Assembly: GCA_963828195.1 (NCBI GenBank)
Contig: CAWHDT010000006.1
Location: forward strand, 1-58,612
Direction of reading: 5' to 3'
DNA: 58,612 bases
DNA from: Candidatus Bathyarchaeota archaeon
GTDB lineage: Archaea; Thermoproteota; Bathyarchaeia; Bathyarchaeales; Bathycorpusculaceae
Positions 30,735-40,616 of the stretch are shown here, piece after piece. The position numbers were made by a program, and so were the translations under genes. Numbering within the stretch: position 1 is the first letter of the stretch; each line of letters begins with the position of its first letter. Below the pieces are notes generated by a model, which worked only from the letters and a program-made list of their open reading frames with translations, did no database searches and was not told the origin of the DNA.

Positions 30735-31508
30735 GTGAACTTTACTTTTGATGATTGGCTGCCGTGGTATAACAGAATCCTTGAAACCTTCAAGTACGAC
30801 CAGTGTAGAGACCAACTCGCGGCTGAATTATTGAGTGGACTGTTGAGCGGGAGGGCTGGTGACGTGGCTGAACTAAGGAAGATAATTGAAAATAAGCCTG
30901 TGATCGTTTTTGGCGCCGGCCCATCTCTCGAAGAAGACCTCAAACACGTCATAAAAGAAGGGCTTCTGCAAAAGACAGTGACCGTTGTGGCTGATGGAGC
31001 GACAACAGCTTTTATTCAAATATCCGGAACAGCGCCAGATGTCATCGTAACCGACTTGGACGGAGTAATCAGCGACATTATTAATGCCCAAAAACTTGGG
31101 GCAATCGTGGTTATTCATGCGCACGGAGACAATATTGATAAACTGAAAAAATATGTCTCTGAATTTCCCACAGCAATAGGCAGCACACAGACGAAACCTT
31201 GCCCCGAGGTTTACAATTTTCTTGGTTTCACAGACGGCGACCGCGCAGTTTTTCTAGCAGCGGGAATGGGGGCTAAAATGATTGTGTTAGCTGGTATGGA
31301 TTTTGGGTGGACCGTAGGCAAATATTCTAAGAAGCATGTTGTTTCTATTGAGGTTAAGAGAAAAAAACTCGAGATTGGTAGGGAATTGCTTGAGTGGCTA
31401 GCTGTTGAAACTGGCGAAAAAATAAAATTTTATAATATAACGTTGAAAGGGGAAAATATTAAGGGATTTAGAAATATCAAACCCGCGGACTTACAAAGCC
31501 TTTTTTGA
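30735..31508 (+). CDS. mptE: 6-hydroxymethyl-7,8-dihydropterin pyrophosphokinase
   Basis: GAGPSL, ADGA, TDLDG, HAHGDN, GFTDGDRA and GMDF motifs. Confidence 0.92.
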   Translation: MNFTFDDWLPWYNRILETFKYDQCRDQLAAELLSGLLSGRAGDVAELRKIIENKPVIVFGAGPSLEEDLKHVIKEGLLQKTVTVVADGATTAFIQISGTAPDVIVTDLDGVISDIINAQKLGAIVVIHAHGDNIDKLKKYVSEFPTAIGSTQTKPCPEVYNFLGFTDGDRAVFLAAGMGAKMIVLAGMDFGWTVGKYSKKHVVSIEVKRKKLEIGRELLEWLAVETGEKIKFYNITLKGENIKGFRNIKPADLQSLF

Positions 31509-31551
31509 AGCGAAAAAGCATTGGAAAAACAGGTTCGATCGCTTGGCGCTT

Positions 31552-32703
31552 TCAGGGTTGTTTGAAAACATCTAATCCTTTTTTAACGGTCTCGCCGAGA
31601 TAAAGGTTATCAAAGATTGTTCCTTCACTTTCTCTTAGCCTCATAGTTCGGATTATTTCTTCGAATTTGCCCTTAGCTATTCCGTTCGCGAACACTGCGG
31701 CGCCTTCTGCAGCCTGTTTAGACACTTTTGCCTCGCCCTGAAATCTCACGACACCCACCTGTGATCCGATTTCACCAAAGAAATCTTGTAACCTAAACTT
31801 TATTGCTTCGAGGAACTCGGGCATATTTACAAATCGACCGCTAAGCATCACTTCTTTTGGCTTGAGAGCGGGTAAAAGTGATGCCACATCCTTAACTATC
31901 GATTCCATCATAAGGTTGTATCCCTCTTTCACTTTTTTGTCGCTTTTAGCACGATTAACGAATTCTTCTAATGGTTTTGTGGAATCAATTCCTGCAACTG
32001 ATGCACATCCTCCATCGAAAAGCAACAGTTTTGAGAAATCTTTTACTGTGTTAGCAAGGGCGTATGCTAACTCGGAATCAACAAATCCCATGCCTAAATA
32101 GGAGGGGAAACCCGCTGTTCCAGCCATGGCGTCAACTATTTGGCCATTTTTGATAGCCATCGCTGAAGTGTATGCGAATCCTATTTCCAAAAGGATAAAA
32201 TTGGTTTCTTCATACGGGATTTTTAGTCTTTCCGCTTGATTCTTAACAGCTGAAACGGCGCTGAGAACTTTATCAGATGTCCCCATGTCTATTTTGTTAG
32301 CTTTCCTGTATTTGGGAACAGAAGTTAAATGAACCACCGACGGCGTAAACCACACCGCTAAGTCTTCGGCGCACTTCATCATCTTCATTGCTTCTCGCAG
32401 CCCAACAATCTTCAGTTTCCTCTCCACGTCAGCCTCGGTAACGAATGTTGCTAAAGAGATATCCGCGTAACTTGTGTCTCTTGCTTTCTGCAGAGGCATC
32501 CCGTAGCCTGAAGGACCCACAATTGCGTCTATGCGACCGGCGGTCTGTTGAGTCGCCCTGAGCTTTTCAACTATGAGGTTGGGGTTTTTGGTTATTTCTT
32601 CTCTGGGAATGGCTAAGTCGATTAAAACCTCGTCGCTTTTGTCGTCGAAACCGTAGATATCCATGGTTTTTGTGCCAGAATCGATACCGATGGCTTTGAC
32701 CAT
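31552..32703 (-). CDS. DUF1464 family ASKHA-fold protein
   Basis: GIDSGT, GPSGYG, NKIDMGTSDK, LSGR and AAEGAAVFANG motifs. Confidence 0.85.
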   Translation of the reverse strand: MVKAIGIDSGTKTMDIYGFDDKSDEVLIDLAIPREEITKNPNLIVEKLRATQQTAGRIDAIVGPSGYGMPLQKARDTSYADISLATFVTEADVERKLKIVGLREAMKMMKCAEDLAVWFTPSVVHLTSVPKYRKANKIDMGTSDKVLSAVSAVKNQAERLKIPYEETNFILLEIGFAYTSAMAIKNGQIVDAMAGTAGFPSYLGMGFVDSELAYALANTVKDFSKLLLFDGGCASVAGIDSTKPLEEFVNRAKSDKKVKEGYNLMMESIVKDVASLLPALKPKEVMLSGRFVNMPEFLEAIKFRLQDFFGEIGSQVGVVRFQGEAKVSKQAAEGAAVFANGIAKGKFEEIIRTMRLRESEGTIFDNLYLGETVKKGLDVFKQP

Positions 32704-32707
32704 GTTT

Positions 32708-33658
32708 TTACTCCCTGGAAACTGAAGCGCCAGAATTATTTGCTCTAGTGTAAAATACTTCTCCGCTGCCGTTCTTTTCCAAGTACTGCGTTAACTCTTT
32801 GGTTAAGCGTTTGGCTTCTGCTTCGCCTTGCACGATCGAGTAGAATGTTGGTCCCCAAGAAGTTTGGCAGGCGCACGAGCTATGTTGGAGCATAAGTTTG
32901 ATGCCGCCGTCCACCACTTTGTTACGGTAGGTTCCTTCTTGATAGGAACTCCAGAATTGCCCGAGCTTTTGGTTAAAAGCGGTTAATCCTTCGCCAAATT
33001 CTTTAACGTTTTTCTCGACAAAGGCAGGCATGATTTTAACTAAAACTATCCTTGAAAGTTGGTCGGATTGCTCCTTTGGCATAACTTTCAGGTTACCCAA
33101 TATCTCATCTTCTTTAGAGCGCATCTTTGCTATTTCCGCTCGGGATTCTTCGGGGATTGCTACCACGAAAAACCAGTCGTCCGGCATGGCACTTTGATAA
33201 ATGAGCGGTGGAACCATCTTTTCTCTTTGGTCAACTTTGAATCCGCCTTCAATTATGAATCCGCCCGTCTTAAACGCGTAGACGCCTAAAGCGGTTATTG
33301 TTCCTCTGCCCATAATCACTGAGACATCTTCAACCGTTAAATTCAAGTTATAAAGTTCGGATAACCCAACACCTATCGAAAGCGCCAAAGTGGTGTGAAA
33401 ACCTACGCCGACAAACTTTGGTATCTCCTTTTTAATGTGGACTTCTGCGCCTTCTATGTGGGTTTTTTCCACAAAGCGTTTCGCAAATTTGTATGCATCT
33501 TTATCTTCAGCTTTGATTCCTTTGGCTTTGGCCACTTCAACTTCAAGCGGAAGGTCAATAGCGAAGCCTACGGTCCCATATAGTCTTCCTAAATCGCCTG
33601 TTAAATCAAAATTACCTGTGTGTAAATGTGCCGGAGCACTTATTGTCAACTTCTCCAA
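32708..33658 (-). CDS. Second, divergent beta-RFAP synthase family (GHMP kinase fold) protein
   Basis: PAHLHTGNFDL, GGFIIEGG and QTSWGPT motifs. Confidence 0.85.
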   Translation of the reverse strand: MEKLTISAPAHLHTGNFDLTGDLGRLYGTVGFAIDLPLEVEVAKAKGIKAEDKDAYKFAKRFVEKTHIEGAEVHIKKEIPKFVGVGFHTTLALSIGVGLSELYNLNLTVEDVSVIMGRGTITALGVYAFKTGGFIIEGGFKVDQREKMVPPLIYQSAMPDDWFFVVAIPEESRAEIAKMRSKEDEILGNLKVMPKEQSDQLSRIVLVKIMPAFVEKNVKEFGEGLTAFNQKLGQFWSSYQEGTYRNKVVDGGIKLMLQHSSCACQTSWGPTFYSIVQGEAEAKRLTKELTQYLEKNGSGEVFYTRANNSGASVSRE

Positions 33659-33876
33659 ATAAATCAACCAGCAATTTTTAAAGACGCAATTAATTGAGTC
33701 CATGCTAATAAACCTATTAGATTAGCAAATTATCTTACACAATCGAAACTGCATCTTTGCTTGTACGCCGGGACATGACCAACATCTGGCCGCATTGAAG
33801 TAAAACAAATCGGAAAATCTCAAAGCAAAGAATAATAAGCCATATCACCATTGCGGTTGACTTGGGAACGGTTTAA

Positions 33877-34692
33877 ATGGTGGAAACTAGAAAACTTGGG
33901 GCCAAGGGGCAAGATGCTACGGGGTTGCTGACTGTTGATGTGCAAAATCAAAAGCCCGAAAACGAGATTGAACTAGAAAAAGTTGGCATTGAAGGCTTAA
34001 GAAAACTGGTTTCTTTGAAAAGGGCAAAAGCCACCTACAACGTTATCGTTACCATAAACAGTTACATAACCCTGCCTGCTAATCTGCGCGGTGTTCACAT
34101 GAGCCGTTTTGTTGAATCCGTTAAGGCAACACCGACCACTGCATCTTCTATAGAAGATCTGGCTGAACTTATTTCAAAACAGGCGTTGGAGAAACACGGG
34201 TTTGATTGTCAGACTGAAGTTTTCGGTGAACTTCCTTATGAGCGGACAAGACCCAGCGGGGAGAAAGAAAGTTCTATTGCTCAAATGTTCGCTAAATATT
34301 CAACTAAGACGCAAAAGAAAACGGCGGGCATCCAAATCAACGGAGCATTAGCCTGTCCATGTTCAAAAGCAATGTGCAATGGCCTAACTCACAACCAAAG
34401 AGGCAGCTTAAGCGTTGAAATAGACTCTAACCAAAAAACCCAGCTGCTTGACGTCATCGAGATTTGCAGTCAAAGTTTTAGTTCACCAATATTTTCGCTG
34501 TTAAAGCGGTCTGAAGAAAAGAAAGTGGTGGAACAAATGCATGAAAACGCCCGGTTCGTGGAAGATGTGACGAGAAAATGCGTGCAGCTGCTGCAGGAGA
34601 AGTATCCTGGCAGGTACTGTAGAGTTAAATGTGTAAGCATAGAGTCAATCCATGATCACAACGTTTTTTCTGAGTGGCGTGGAATCCTGTAA
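33877..34692 (+). CDS. mptA: GTP cyclohydrolase, FolE2/MptA family
   Basis: RGVHMSRF, ACPCS, THNQR, LKRSEE, FVED and ESIHDH motifs. Confidence 0.9.
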   Translation: MVETRKLGAKGQDATGLLTVDVQNQKPENEIELEKVGIEGLRKLVSLKRAKATYNVIVTINSYITLPANLRGVHMSRFVESVKATPTTASSIEDLAELISKQALEKHGFDCQTEVFGELPYERTRPSGEKESSIAQMFAKYSTKTQKKTAGIQINGALACPCSKAMCNGLTHNQRGSLSVEIDSNQKTQLLDVIEICSQSFSSPIFSLLKRSEEKKVVEQMHENARFVEDVTRKCVQLLQEKYPGRYCRVKCVSIESIHDHNVFSEWRGIL

Positions 34693-34705
34693 GCGATGGT
34701 GCAGC

Positions 34706-35077
34706 ATGTATCGATTACGAGTTGAAGCAACCTTTGATGCAGCCCACAACATTCTCATGTCCAACGGGAAATGTGAACGGCTTCACGGGCACACGTGGAG
34801 AATGGAAGTCTTTGTTGCTGGAGAAAAAAATGTGTCCACAGGCATGGTTGTAGACTTCAATGTTCTAAAAACGAATCTGCAAGAATTAATCGAAAAGCTT
34901 GATCACACATACCTAAACGAGATAAAAGAACTCGGCAACCCAACATCTGAAAACATTTCAAAGTACGCTTTTGACCACCTAAAGAAAACAATACCTGACG
35001 CTGTTAAACTCGAAAAAGTAAGAGTTTGGGAAAGCCCAAAAAGCTGGTGCGAATACTCAGACATAAACCCAAAATAA
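34706..35077 (+). CDS. queD: 6-pyruvoyl/6-carboxy-tetrahydropterin synthase (COG0720)
   Basis: FDAAH, CERLHGH, GMVVDF, LDH, NPTSEN and WES motifs. Confidence 0.9.
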   Translation: MYRLRVEATFDAAHNILMSNGKCERLHGHTWRMEVFVAGEKNVSTGMVVDFNVLKTNLQELIEKLDHTYLNEIKELGNPTSENISKYAFDHLKKTIPDAVKLEKVRVWESPKSWCEYSDINPK

Positions 35078-35205
35078 AAAATAAATCATGGCAAAATGCT
35101 CAGTTTTTCCTAAAGTTGTCTTTTGCAGCTGGATTTGTTACAATTTTTCAATTTTGAAAGAACAACAACACTTGGAAAACAACTGTTGTTCTTCTCGGCA
35201 ATATT

Positions 35206-35382
35206 TCAAAAGAAGAAGAAGCTGATGAAAACAATTTTTCTTCTTCTTCTGTTCTGCCATATTTGTGGCGGTTTTTTGGAGTAAATACTAGACCTCCTCA
35301 TAGGGTAGGCGGTTGGGTGTGCGCTAAGCCTTCTCTCTGGTCTGCTAGATGATTCTATTAGATGCCAAACACTATCCAACAT
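35206..35382 (-). CDS. Possible small basic protein (58 aa)
   Basis: MLDSVWHLIESSSRPERRLSAHPTAYPMRRSSIYSKKPPQIWQNRRRRKIVFISFFF; no recognisable family. Confidence 0.35.
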   Translation of the reverse strand: MLDSVWHLIESSSRPERRLSAHPTAYPMRRSSIYSKKPPQIWQNRRRRKIVFISFFFF

Positions 35383-35630
35383 AGAGCTGCAACGAACGAA
35401 AACTCTGCACCGCGCATGCAGAACGATGCATCTCAATGGGATATCAGTTTTTGATGTAGAGAAACCTTGAAAAGAAAACAATGGGCGTTTTCAAAAAAAG
35501 TTTGAAATTTCTAAAATAATTATCAGTTACGTCTTGTCAACGGTTCGCTCATACTTGATGCGTCAGTGGTTACTGAGGTATCAATTGAGAAACAGGGCTC
35601 GGGTCGGTTGCTTGCAAAGTTAAGCGTTAT

Positions 35631-36068
35631 TCATTTGCTGTTGTCAGCTAAGGGGTATCTGCTCATGGCAGCAAGCATAACTTCGCTGAAGCTTTTTTTG
35701 CTGAGGTGACGGGCAAAATCGGAAGTGGCTATTATCCCGACCAACACGTTGTTTTTTGTCACGGGAAGCCGCCTTATTTTGTACTTGACCATTTTCCTTG
35801 CAGCATCTCGAAGCGAAGAATCCTCCTCGATTGTAATAAGCGGATCCGACATCACGTCAGAGACTTTTGTTTCAAGAGGCTTTTTCTGCGCCATAACCCT
35901 TCTAACCAGGTCCCTCTCAGTTACTATGCCTTTGGCTTCAACCCCTTCCATAACAACAAGATCCCCGACATCCTGCTGATGCATCAATTTCGCTGCCTCA
36001 AATACAGTGCACTTGGCATCGATTGTGATGACGTTTGTTGTCATAAAATCTTTTACAGTTGGCATCAA
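35631..36068 (-). CDS. CBS domain pair protein
   Basis: VKDFMT, GIVTERD, VSDVMS and RRLPV motifs. Confidence 0.92.
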   Translation of the reverse strand: MMPTVKDFMTTNVITIDAKCTVFEAAKLMHQQDVGDLVVMEGVEAKGIVTERDLVRRVMAQKKPLETKVSDVMSDPLITIEEDSSLRDAARKMVKYKIRRLPVTKNNVLVGIIATSDFARHLSKKSFSEVMLAAMSRYPLADNSK

Positions 36069-36247
36069 CTACAAAGTCTATAAACTATCTATAAAAGTTT
36101 TGCGCTGCCACAAATCCAAGCTCATATTTTTGAAATTGCAATTCTTTCTGATTGAACGCGAACCGTCATTTTGGAATTAATAGCTGTTGTTTGAGGCGGC
36201 TTTTTTGCCTTTCCAAGGCCACAGTTGCGACGATATCTCGATTTGGT

Positions 36248-39145
36248 TTAATCCTGAGCTTTTGGCTTTGATTTGCGGTTAATCAGAAGCGAAAGTGAAG
36301 CTACAATTGCCGCCGTAATTACTAAACCGGCTGCAGCACCGTAGATTGCGTCAAGGGTACTTGACTGGGAAACTGTGCTTGGTTTGGGTGTGCCGACGAC
36401 GATTGGGGTTCCAGTAAGGGCTGATGCGGGAATGGTGGAGGAAACCGTGTCTGGGGCAGTAAATGCTGTGGCAACAGTAACCCAAGCGTTGCCGTTCCAA
36501 TACGCCATTTCGCTGCTGTTGGTGAAGCTTGGGTTTGTAATGCTGATGGTTACGTAGATCTCTGAGCCAAGTTCGCCTCCGTTGGAGGTGACTTTGACAT
36601 CATAAAAGATCGCGTTGCTAACTGAGACTGCGCCTGTTCCCGAAGGCTGGTTGCCGCCATAGGAAGTTGACGTAACATTTACCAACGTTCCTGTTTGAAG
36701 TGGACCGCTTACTGTGACGTTTACGCCAGATGTCGCCGACTGATCCACTGTCACGGAGTTGTAATTCGATGTTCCAGTTGCGGTTGAATTGGCGTTGGGC
36801 ATGGGGGAGGTTGACGGCGTTAGGTTAGATGTTGAGTTTGCGTTGTTTGATATGACTGAAATAGTGTTGTCAATTGGGTTGGTTACGAATATTTCGCCTT
36901 TTGCTGAATCATACGTCAACGCTCCTGGAAATGTTCCTACAATTATGTTCGCTACCACGGTGTTGGTGCCGTCTGAAACTGCCGAGACTACGTTGCTGCC
37001 TTCATTTGATACAAATATTTCCCCTTTGCCGGCGTCATATGCCAAGTCTATGGAGAGGCTGAAGCCTGTGGGTACTGTTGCGACCAATGTGTTGGTGATG
37101 TCTGACACAACCGAGATAGAGTTGGAGTCAACATCGCCGACAAATATTTCGCCCTTACTTGAATCATACGCTAAACCTGCAGGAGAGTTAGCGACAGTCA
37201 CGTTTGCGACAACAGTGTTGCTGCTGTCTGAAACAACAAAAACCGTGTGAGTTAAAACTCCGTTTACCCACGCATGATTACTTATGAAAACTTCTCCCCT
37301 GCCCGAATCATAAGCCATCCCATAGGCATTAAGTCCCTCTAACGTTTCAACAACCGCATTGGAGCTATCCGATATAACCGAGACTGAGCCAGCGTTATTG
37401 TTGGCTACAAATATTTCGCCTTTCCCCGAGTCATAAGCCATATCAGTAGGGTCACCTCCGACAGGAACTGTGGCAATGACCTCGTTGGTTTTATCCGATA
37501 TCACGGCAACCGTGTTGTTGCCCGGGTTGGATACAAAGATTTCACCCTTGCCCGAATCATAAGCTACCTGTGATGGGCTGCCTTCAAAGGGGATAGTTGC
37601 AACAACCGCGTTTGTGCTGTCTGAAATGACAAAAACCGCGTCGTTTGAAGTGGCTACAAATATCTCCCCTTTACCTGAATCATAAGCTATCCCGGATGGC
37701 GCCGTATTGAGCGTTATATTAGCAGTAGGAGACAGATACCCCGTTGTCTGCGGTTGCACTTCAAGCGAAACCACGTTGCTCTGGCTTGGCTCATAATAAT
37801 TTCCATCTACTGTTTGTCCACCAAAAGTAACGTAAAAGCTGTAATTACCTGCAGCGACGGGGTTGTAAAGGATCGATATTTTTCCTGAAGCATCAGCTGA
37901 AAAGCCTCCTTCTGTTTCCGTTTCTCCCTCGAAATCTATGTGGAGCGTAAAATTGATCGATGCATTAGCAAACACTTCATCGGTTGCAGATGAAGGTAAG
38001 ATTAATCCATAGGTAACATTAACGATCTGGAAGACGTTGGCAACGTTGGGAGTCAAGGTGAGAAAGGTTTGGGTTGCAACTGACTGTGGCGGCTGACTTG
38101 ACGATGGAGGCGGCGTTGGAACCTGTGACGGTGATGTGGTTGGGCTTGGCGATGCCGAATTGACTGAATTGTCTGGTATTACCGACACTGTGTCTGCGTT
38201 GCAGTTGCCTATAAACATCTCTCCTAAGCCTGAATCATAGGCTAAATCAACGGGACCATCCCCCACAGGTATAGTTGCTACAACGTTATCAGTGGTGTCA
38301 GATATCACTGAAACTGAATTGCTGTTGGCGTTAGTAACGAATACCTCGTTTGTTTTAGAGTCATAAGCTACGTCGTAGGGAAGGCTTCCAACTGGCACCG
38401 TGGCCACCACGTTGTTGGTGGTATCTGAAATGACTGAGACGGTGTTGGAAAGTTCATTAGCTACAAATATATCGCCTGTGCCGGAGTCGTAAGCCACTCC
38501 AGATGGTTCATCTCCCACAGAAACTATGGCTACGACATCGTTAGTGCGGTCTGATATCACAGAGACGTAATTGGACTCAAAATTGGCTACGAACACTTCG
38601 TCTGCTCCAGAATCGTAAGCTAGGCCTGATGGTTCAGAACCCGTCGGTACTGTGGCAATTATGGTGTTTGTGCTGTCAGATATAACCGACACTGTATCTG
38701 TACTTGCATGATTGCTTACAAATATTTCACCCATGCCAGAATCATAAGCCAAACCCAAAGGATACATTCCAGTAGGTATGGTTGCAACCACCGAATTAGT
38801 CTTGTCCGATATGACCCAGACACCGCCGTCTAAGCTGGAGTTAGTGGCATAGATTTCGCCGTTACCTGAATCGTAAACTAGTTCCGCAGGGTTAATTCCC
38901 GTTATGTTTGCCACCACACTATTGGTGCCGTCAGAAATCACCGACATCGATCCGTAATTAGCAACAAAGATTTCGCCGAGGCCAGAGTCGTATGCTACCC
39001 CAAAAGGAGAGCTTCCTACTGGTATTGTGGCGAGTACCCCAGCAGCGTGGATTGTGCCAGCTGCCGACGAAGCAGCTATCATCACGCAAAGAAGCGAAAC
39101 AACACAAGATACTTTCAACTTCATTCGAGTCGGCTTCCTGCTCAC
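36248..39145 (-). CDS. YncE/YVTN beta-propeller cell-surface protein
   Basis: About 14 repeats of P.G.AYDSG.GEIFV.N....VSVISD..N.VVAT in two blocks; signal peptide, Pro/Ser linker, C-terminal TM. Confidence 0.92.
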   Translation of the reverse strand: MSRKPTRMKLKVSCVVSLLCVMIAASSAAGTIHAAGVLATIPVGSSPFGVAYDSGLGEIFVANYGSMSVISDGTNSVVANITGINPAELVYDSGNGEIYATNSSLDGGVWVISDKTNSVVATIPTGMYPLGLAYDSGMGEIFVSNHASTDTVSVISDSTNTIIATVPTGSEPSGLAYDSGADEVFVANFESNYVSVISDRTNDVVAIVSVGDEPSGVAYDSGTGDIFVANELSNTVSVISDTTNNVVATVPVGSLPYDVAYDSKTNEVFVTNANSNSVSVISDTTDNVVATIPVGDGPVDLAYDSGLGEMFIGNCNADTVSVIPDNSVNSASPSPTTSPSQVPTPPPSSSQPPQSVATQTFLTLTPNVANVFQIVNVTYGLILPSSATDEVFANASINFTLHIDFEGETETEGGFSADASGKISILYNPVAAGNYSFYVTFGGQTVDGNYYEPSQSNVVSLEVQPQTTGYLSPTANITLNTAPSGIAYDSGKGEIFVATSNDAVFVISDSTNAVVATIPFEGSPSQVAYDSGKGEIFVSNPGNNTVAVISDKTNEVIATVPVGGDPTDMAYDSGKGEIFVANNNAGSVSVISDSSNAVVETLEGLNAYGMAYDSGRGEVFISNHAWVNGVLTHTVFVVSDSSNTVVANVTVANSPAGLAYDSSKGEIFVGDVDSNSISVVSDITNTLVATVPTGFSLSIDLAYDAGKGEIFVSNEGSNVVSAVSDGTNTVVANIIVGTFPGALTYDSAKGEIFVTNPIDNTISVISNNANSTSNLTPSTSPMPNANSTATGTSNYNSVTVDQSATSGVNVTVSGPLQTGTLVNVTSTSYGGNQPSGTGAVSVSNAIFYDVKVTSNGGELGSEIYVTISITNPSFTNSSEMAYWNGNAWVTVATAFTAPDTVSSTIPASALTGTPIVVGTPKPSTVSQSSTLDAIYGAAAGLVITAAIVASLSLLINRKSKPKAQD

Positions 39146-39216
39146 ACGTATTTTTGACTGGACCCTACAAAATTAGTAAGCAGGTATATGCGTTAAAAGA
39201 GTTTTCGTCAAGCTTT

Positions 39217-39261
39217 CTTGACTAACCTCCAAGGAAAGTTAGTCAAGATTTGTTGACTAAC
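39217..39261. promoter_or_regulatory. TTGACTAAC inverted/direct repeat operator upstream of the YVTN gene
   Basis: CTTGACTAAC-N11-GTTAGTCAAG-N5-TTGACTAAC. Confidence 0.55.
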
Positions 39262-39460
39262 TTAAGAAGCAAGCAATCGATATTTAGCAGCCTAAACTAC
39301 CTTGTTCCCCGCCCTAAGAGTTTGGAGTTAGGTTGGATTCGAATAAGTTTGCCAAAAAGATACGTTAATATTGCTGAGATAACGAAAATGATACTGCCGC
39401 ACTAAAATAGTGTCAGAAACCAATGCCGACTTAGCAGCAAACAAAAACTTAGAAAAAGCG

Positions 39461-39533
39461 GCCGGGGTGAGGTAGCTTGGTAGCCTAGAGGCCTGTGGAG
39501 CCTTTTGCCGGGGTTCAAATCCCCGCCCCGGCC
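39461..39533 (+). tRNA. tRNA-His(GUG)
   Basis: Acceptor GCCGGGG/CCCCGGC, anticodon arm GAGGC-CTGTGGA-GCCTT, T arm CGGGG-TTCAAAT-CCCCG, C discriminator; a G precedes at 39460 (possible G-1). Confidence 0.93.
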
Positions 39534-39778
39534 CTCCTATCCTCCGAACCAGCGAACAACTAAATTATTGAAGTACTTCGACTTTGTTTCGGCAACCGGT
39601 TGTCTTGACGTATTTGGCGTCCAATAGGCTCTTATTAGGATCCTATAATGAACCAGTTAGGTAGGCTGTGAGAGAGAAAGAGAGCGAAGAATCAACGAAA
39701 AACATGGCTGCATTCAAGTTGCTAGTGGCAACGTATTTATCGTAAAATGTTGTTTTTCAATAAAGCAGCTTAATTTGT

Positions 39779-39894
39779 GCAGGGGTCGCCGAGCATGGTC
39801 AAAGGCGTAGAACTGCCCTCCCGAAAAAGGGCGGCGCGCATGCTTCAGGAGCCTATCCTGTAGAGGTTCGTGGGTTCAAATCCCACCCCCTGCA
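39779..39894 (+). tRNA. tRNA-Leu(CAG) with a 31-nt non-canonical intron (39811..39841, position 29/30)
   Basis: Acceptor GCAGGGG/CCCCTGC; spliced anticodon arm TAGGC-TTCAGGA-GCCTA; long variable arm; BHB with GCGT/GCGC helix and AG^A / AT^G bulges. Confidence 0.93.
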
Positions 39895-40095
39895 CTTTTT
39901 GCTTATTCGCAAATAAAAAGTAAGGCATATTCACTTAGGTTGGGTTCAAACATCCTAGTCCACATTGCTTTTTGGACTTTGCAATGTCAAACTCCCATTC
40001 AGGTGTTTAACCATCGCTGGCAAAGCACCTCGTTTTGCTCTTAACGAAAATTATTAAAGTAATAAAACCTTCACTATTTCTTAACAATAGGTGAA

Positions 40096-40404
40096 ATGAT
40101 GATTTTAACTGTGGCGTTACATAAACCGAAGGGACCAGCGGAAGAAGCGAATTTCTTGAAGTCTTTGGAAGAATATGGCGACATTCAAAGAAAATACCAA
40201 GGACACGAGTTGTACGCTGTTGGAAAGGACGATAAAACTGGTGTTTTAACAGTGGTTTCACTTTGGGCCAGCTAAGAAGATATGATGGCTGCCCGAGATG
40301 AGATGCTTATGTTTCGGAAAACATTTGATTTCCAGGCCAATCAAGTTGGACCGACGAGGTACTTCCAGGGAAACGCTGAATTTGTTGAAATAAGCCTAAA
40401 GTAA
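40096..40404 (+). pseudogene. ABM-like (dimeric alpha-beta barrel) gene with an in-frame TAA at 40273
   Basis: AGGTGA SD; MMILTVALHKPK...VVSLWAS*EDMMAARDEM reads on in the same frame. Confidence 0.6.
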
Positions 40405-40616
40405 TTAATCGCTTGACCACTTCGATGTTGAAGCAAAAGCGACCTTGGCAAAGCGCAGGCATTTGACCGCGTTAAATTTAGACGTGTGTTTAGATATAAC
40501 CCCTGCACCATTAGAACATAATCCCATTCTGCCAAGTTCATTTTAAGCCAGCGCTGGAGCGATTAATCCAGTTTTCTTTTGCGCACAACCGCATTGCTTA
40601 ACCGTCAAAAGCCGGC

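Noticed and set aside
36850-39030. Tandem DNA repeats or CRISPR-like periodicity
   Set aside because: Explained by protein-level YVTN propeller repeats
39938-39956. Second T-loop-like GGGTTCAAA after tRNA-Leu as an att site
   Set aside because: Only 9 bp match and no integrase nearby
40273-40275. Stop-codon recoding in the ABM-like gene
   Set aside because: The codon is TAA, not TAG/TGA, and TAA terminates many genes in this window; nonsense mutation or error is more likely
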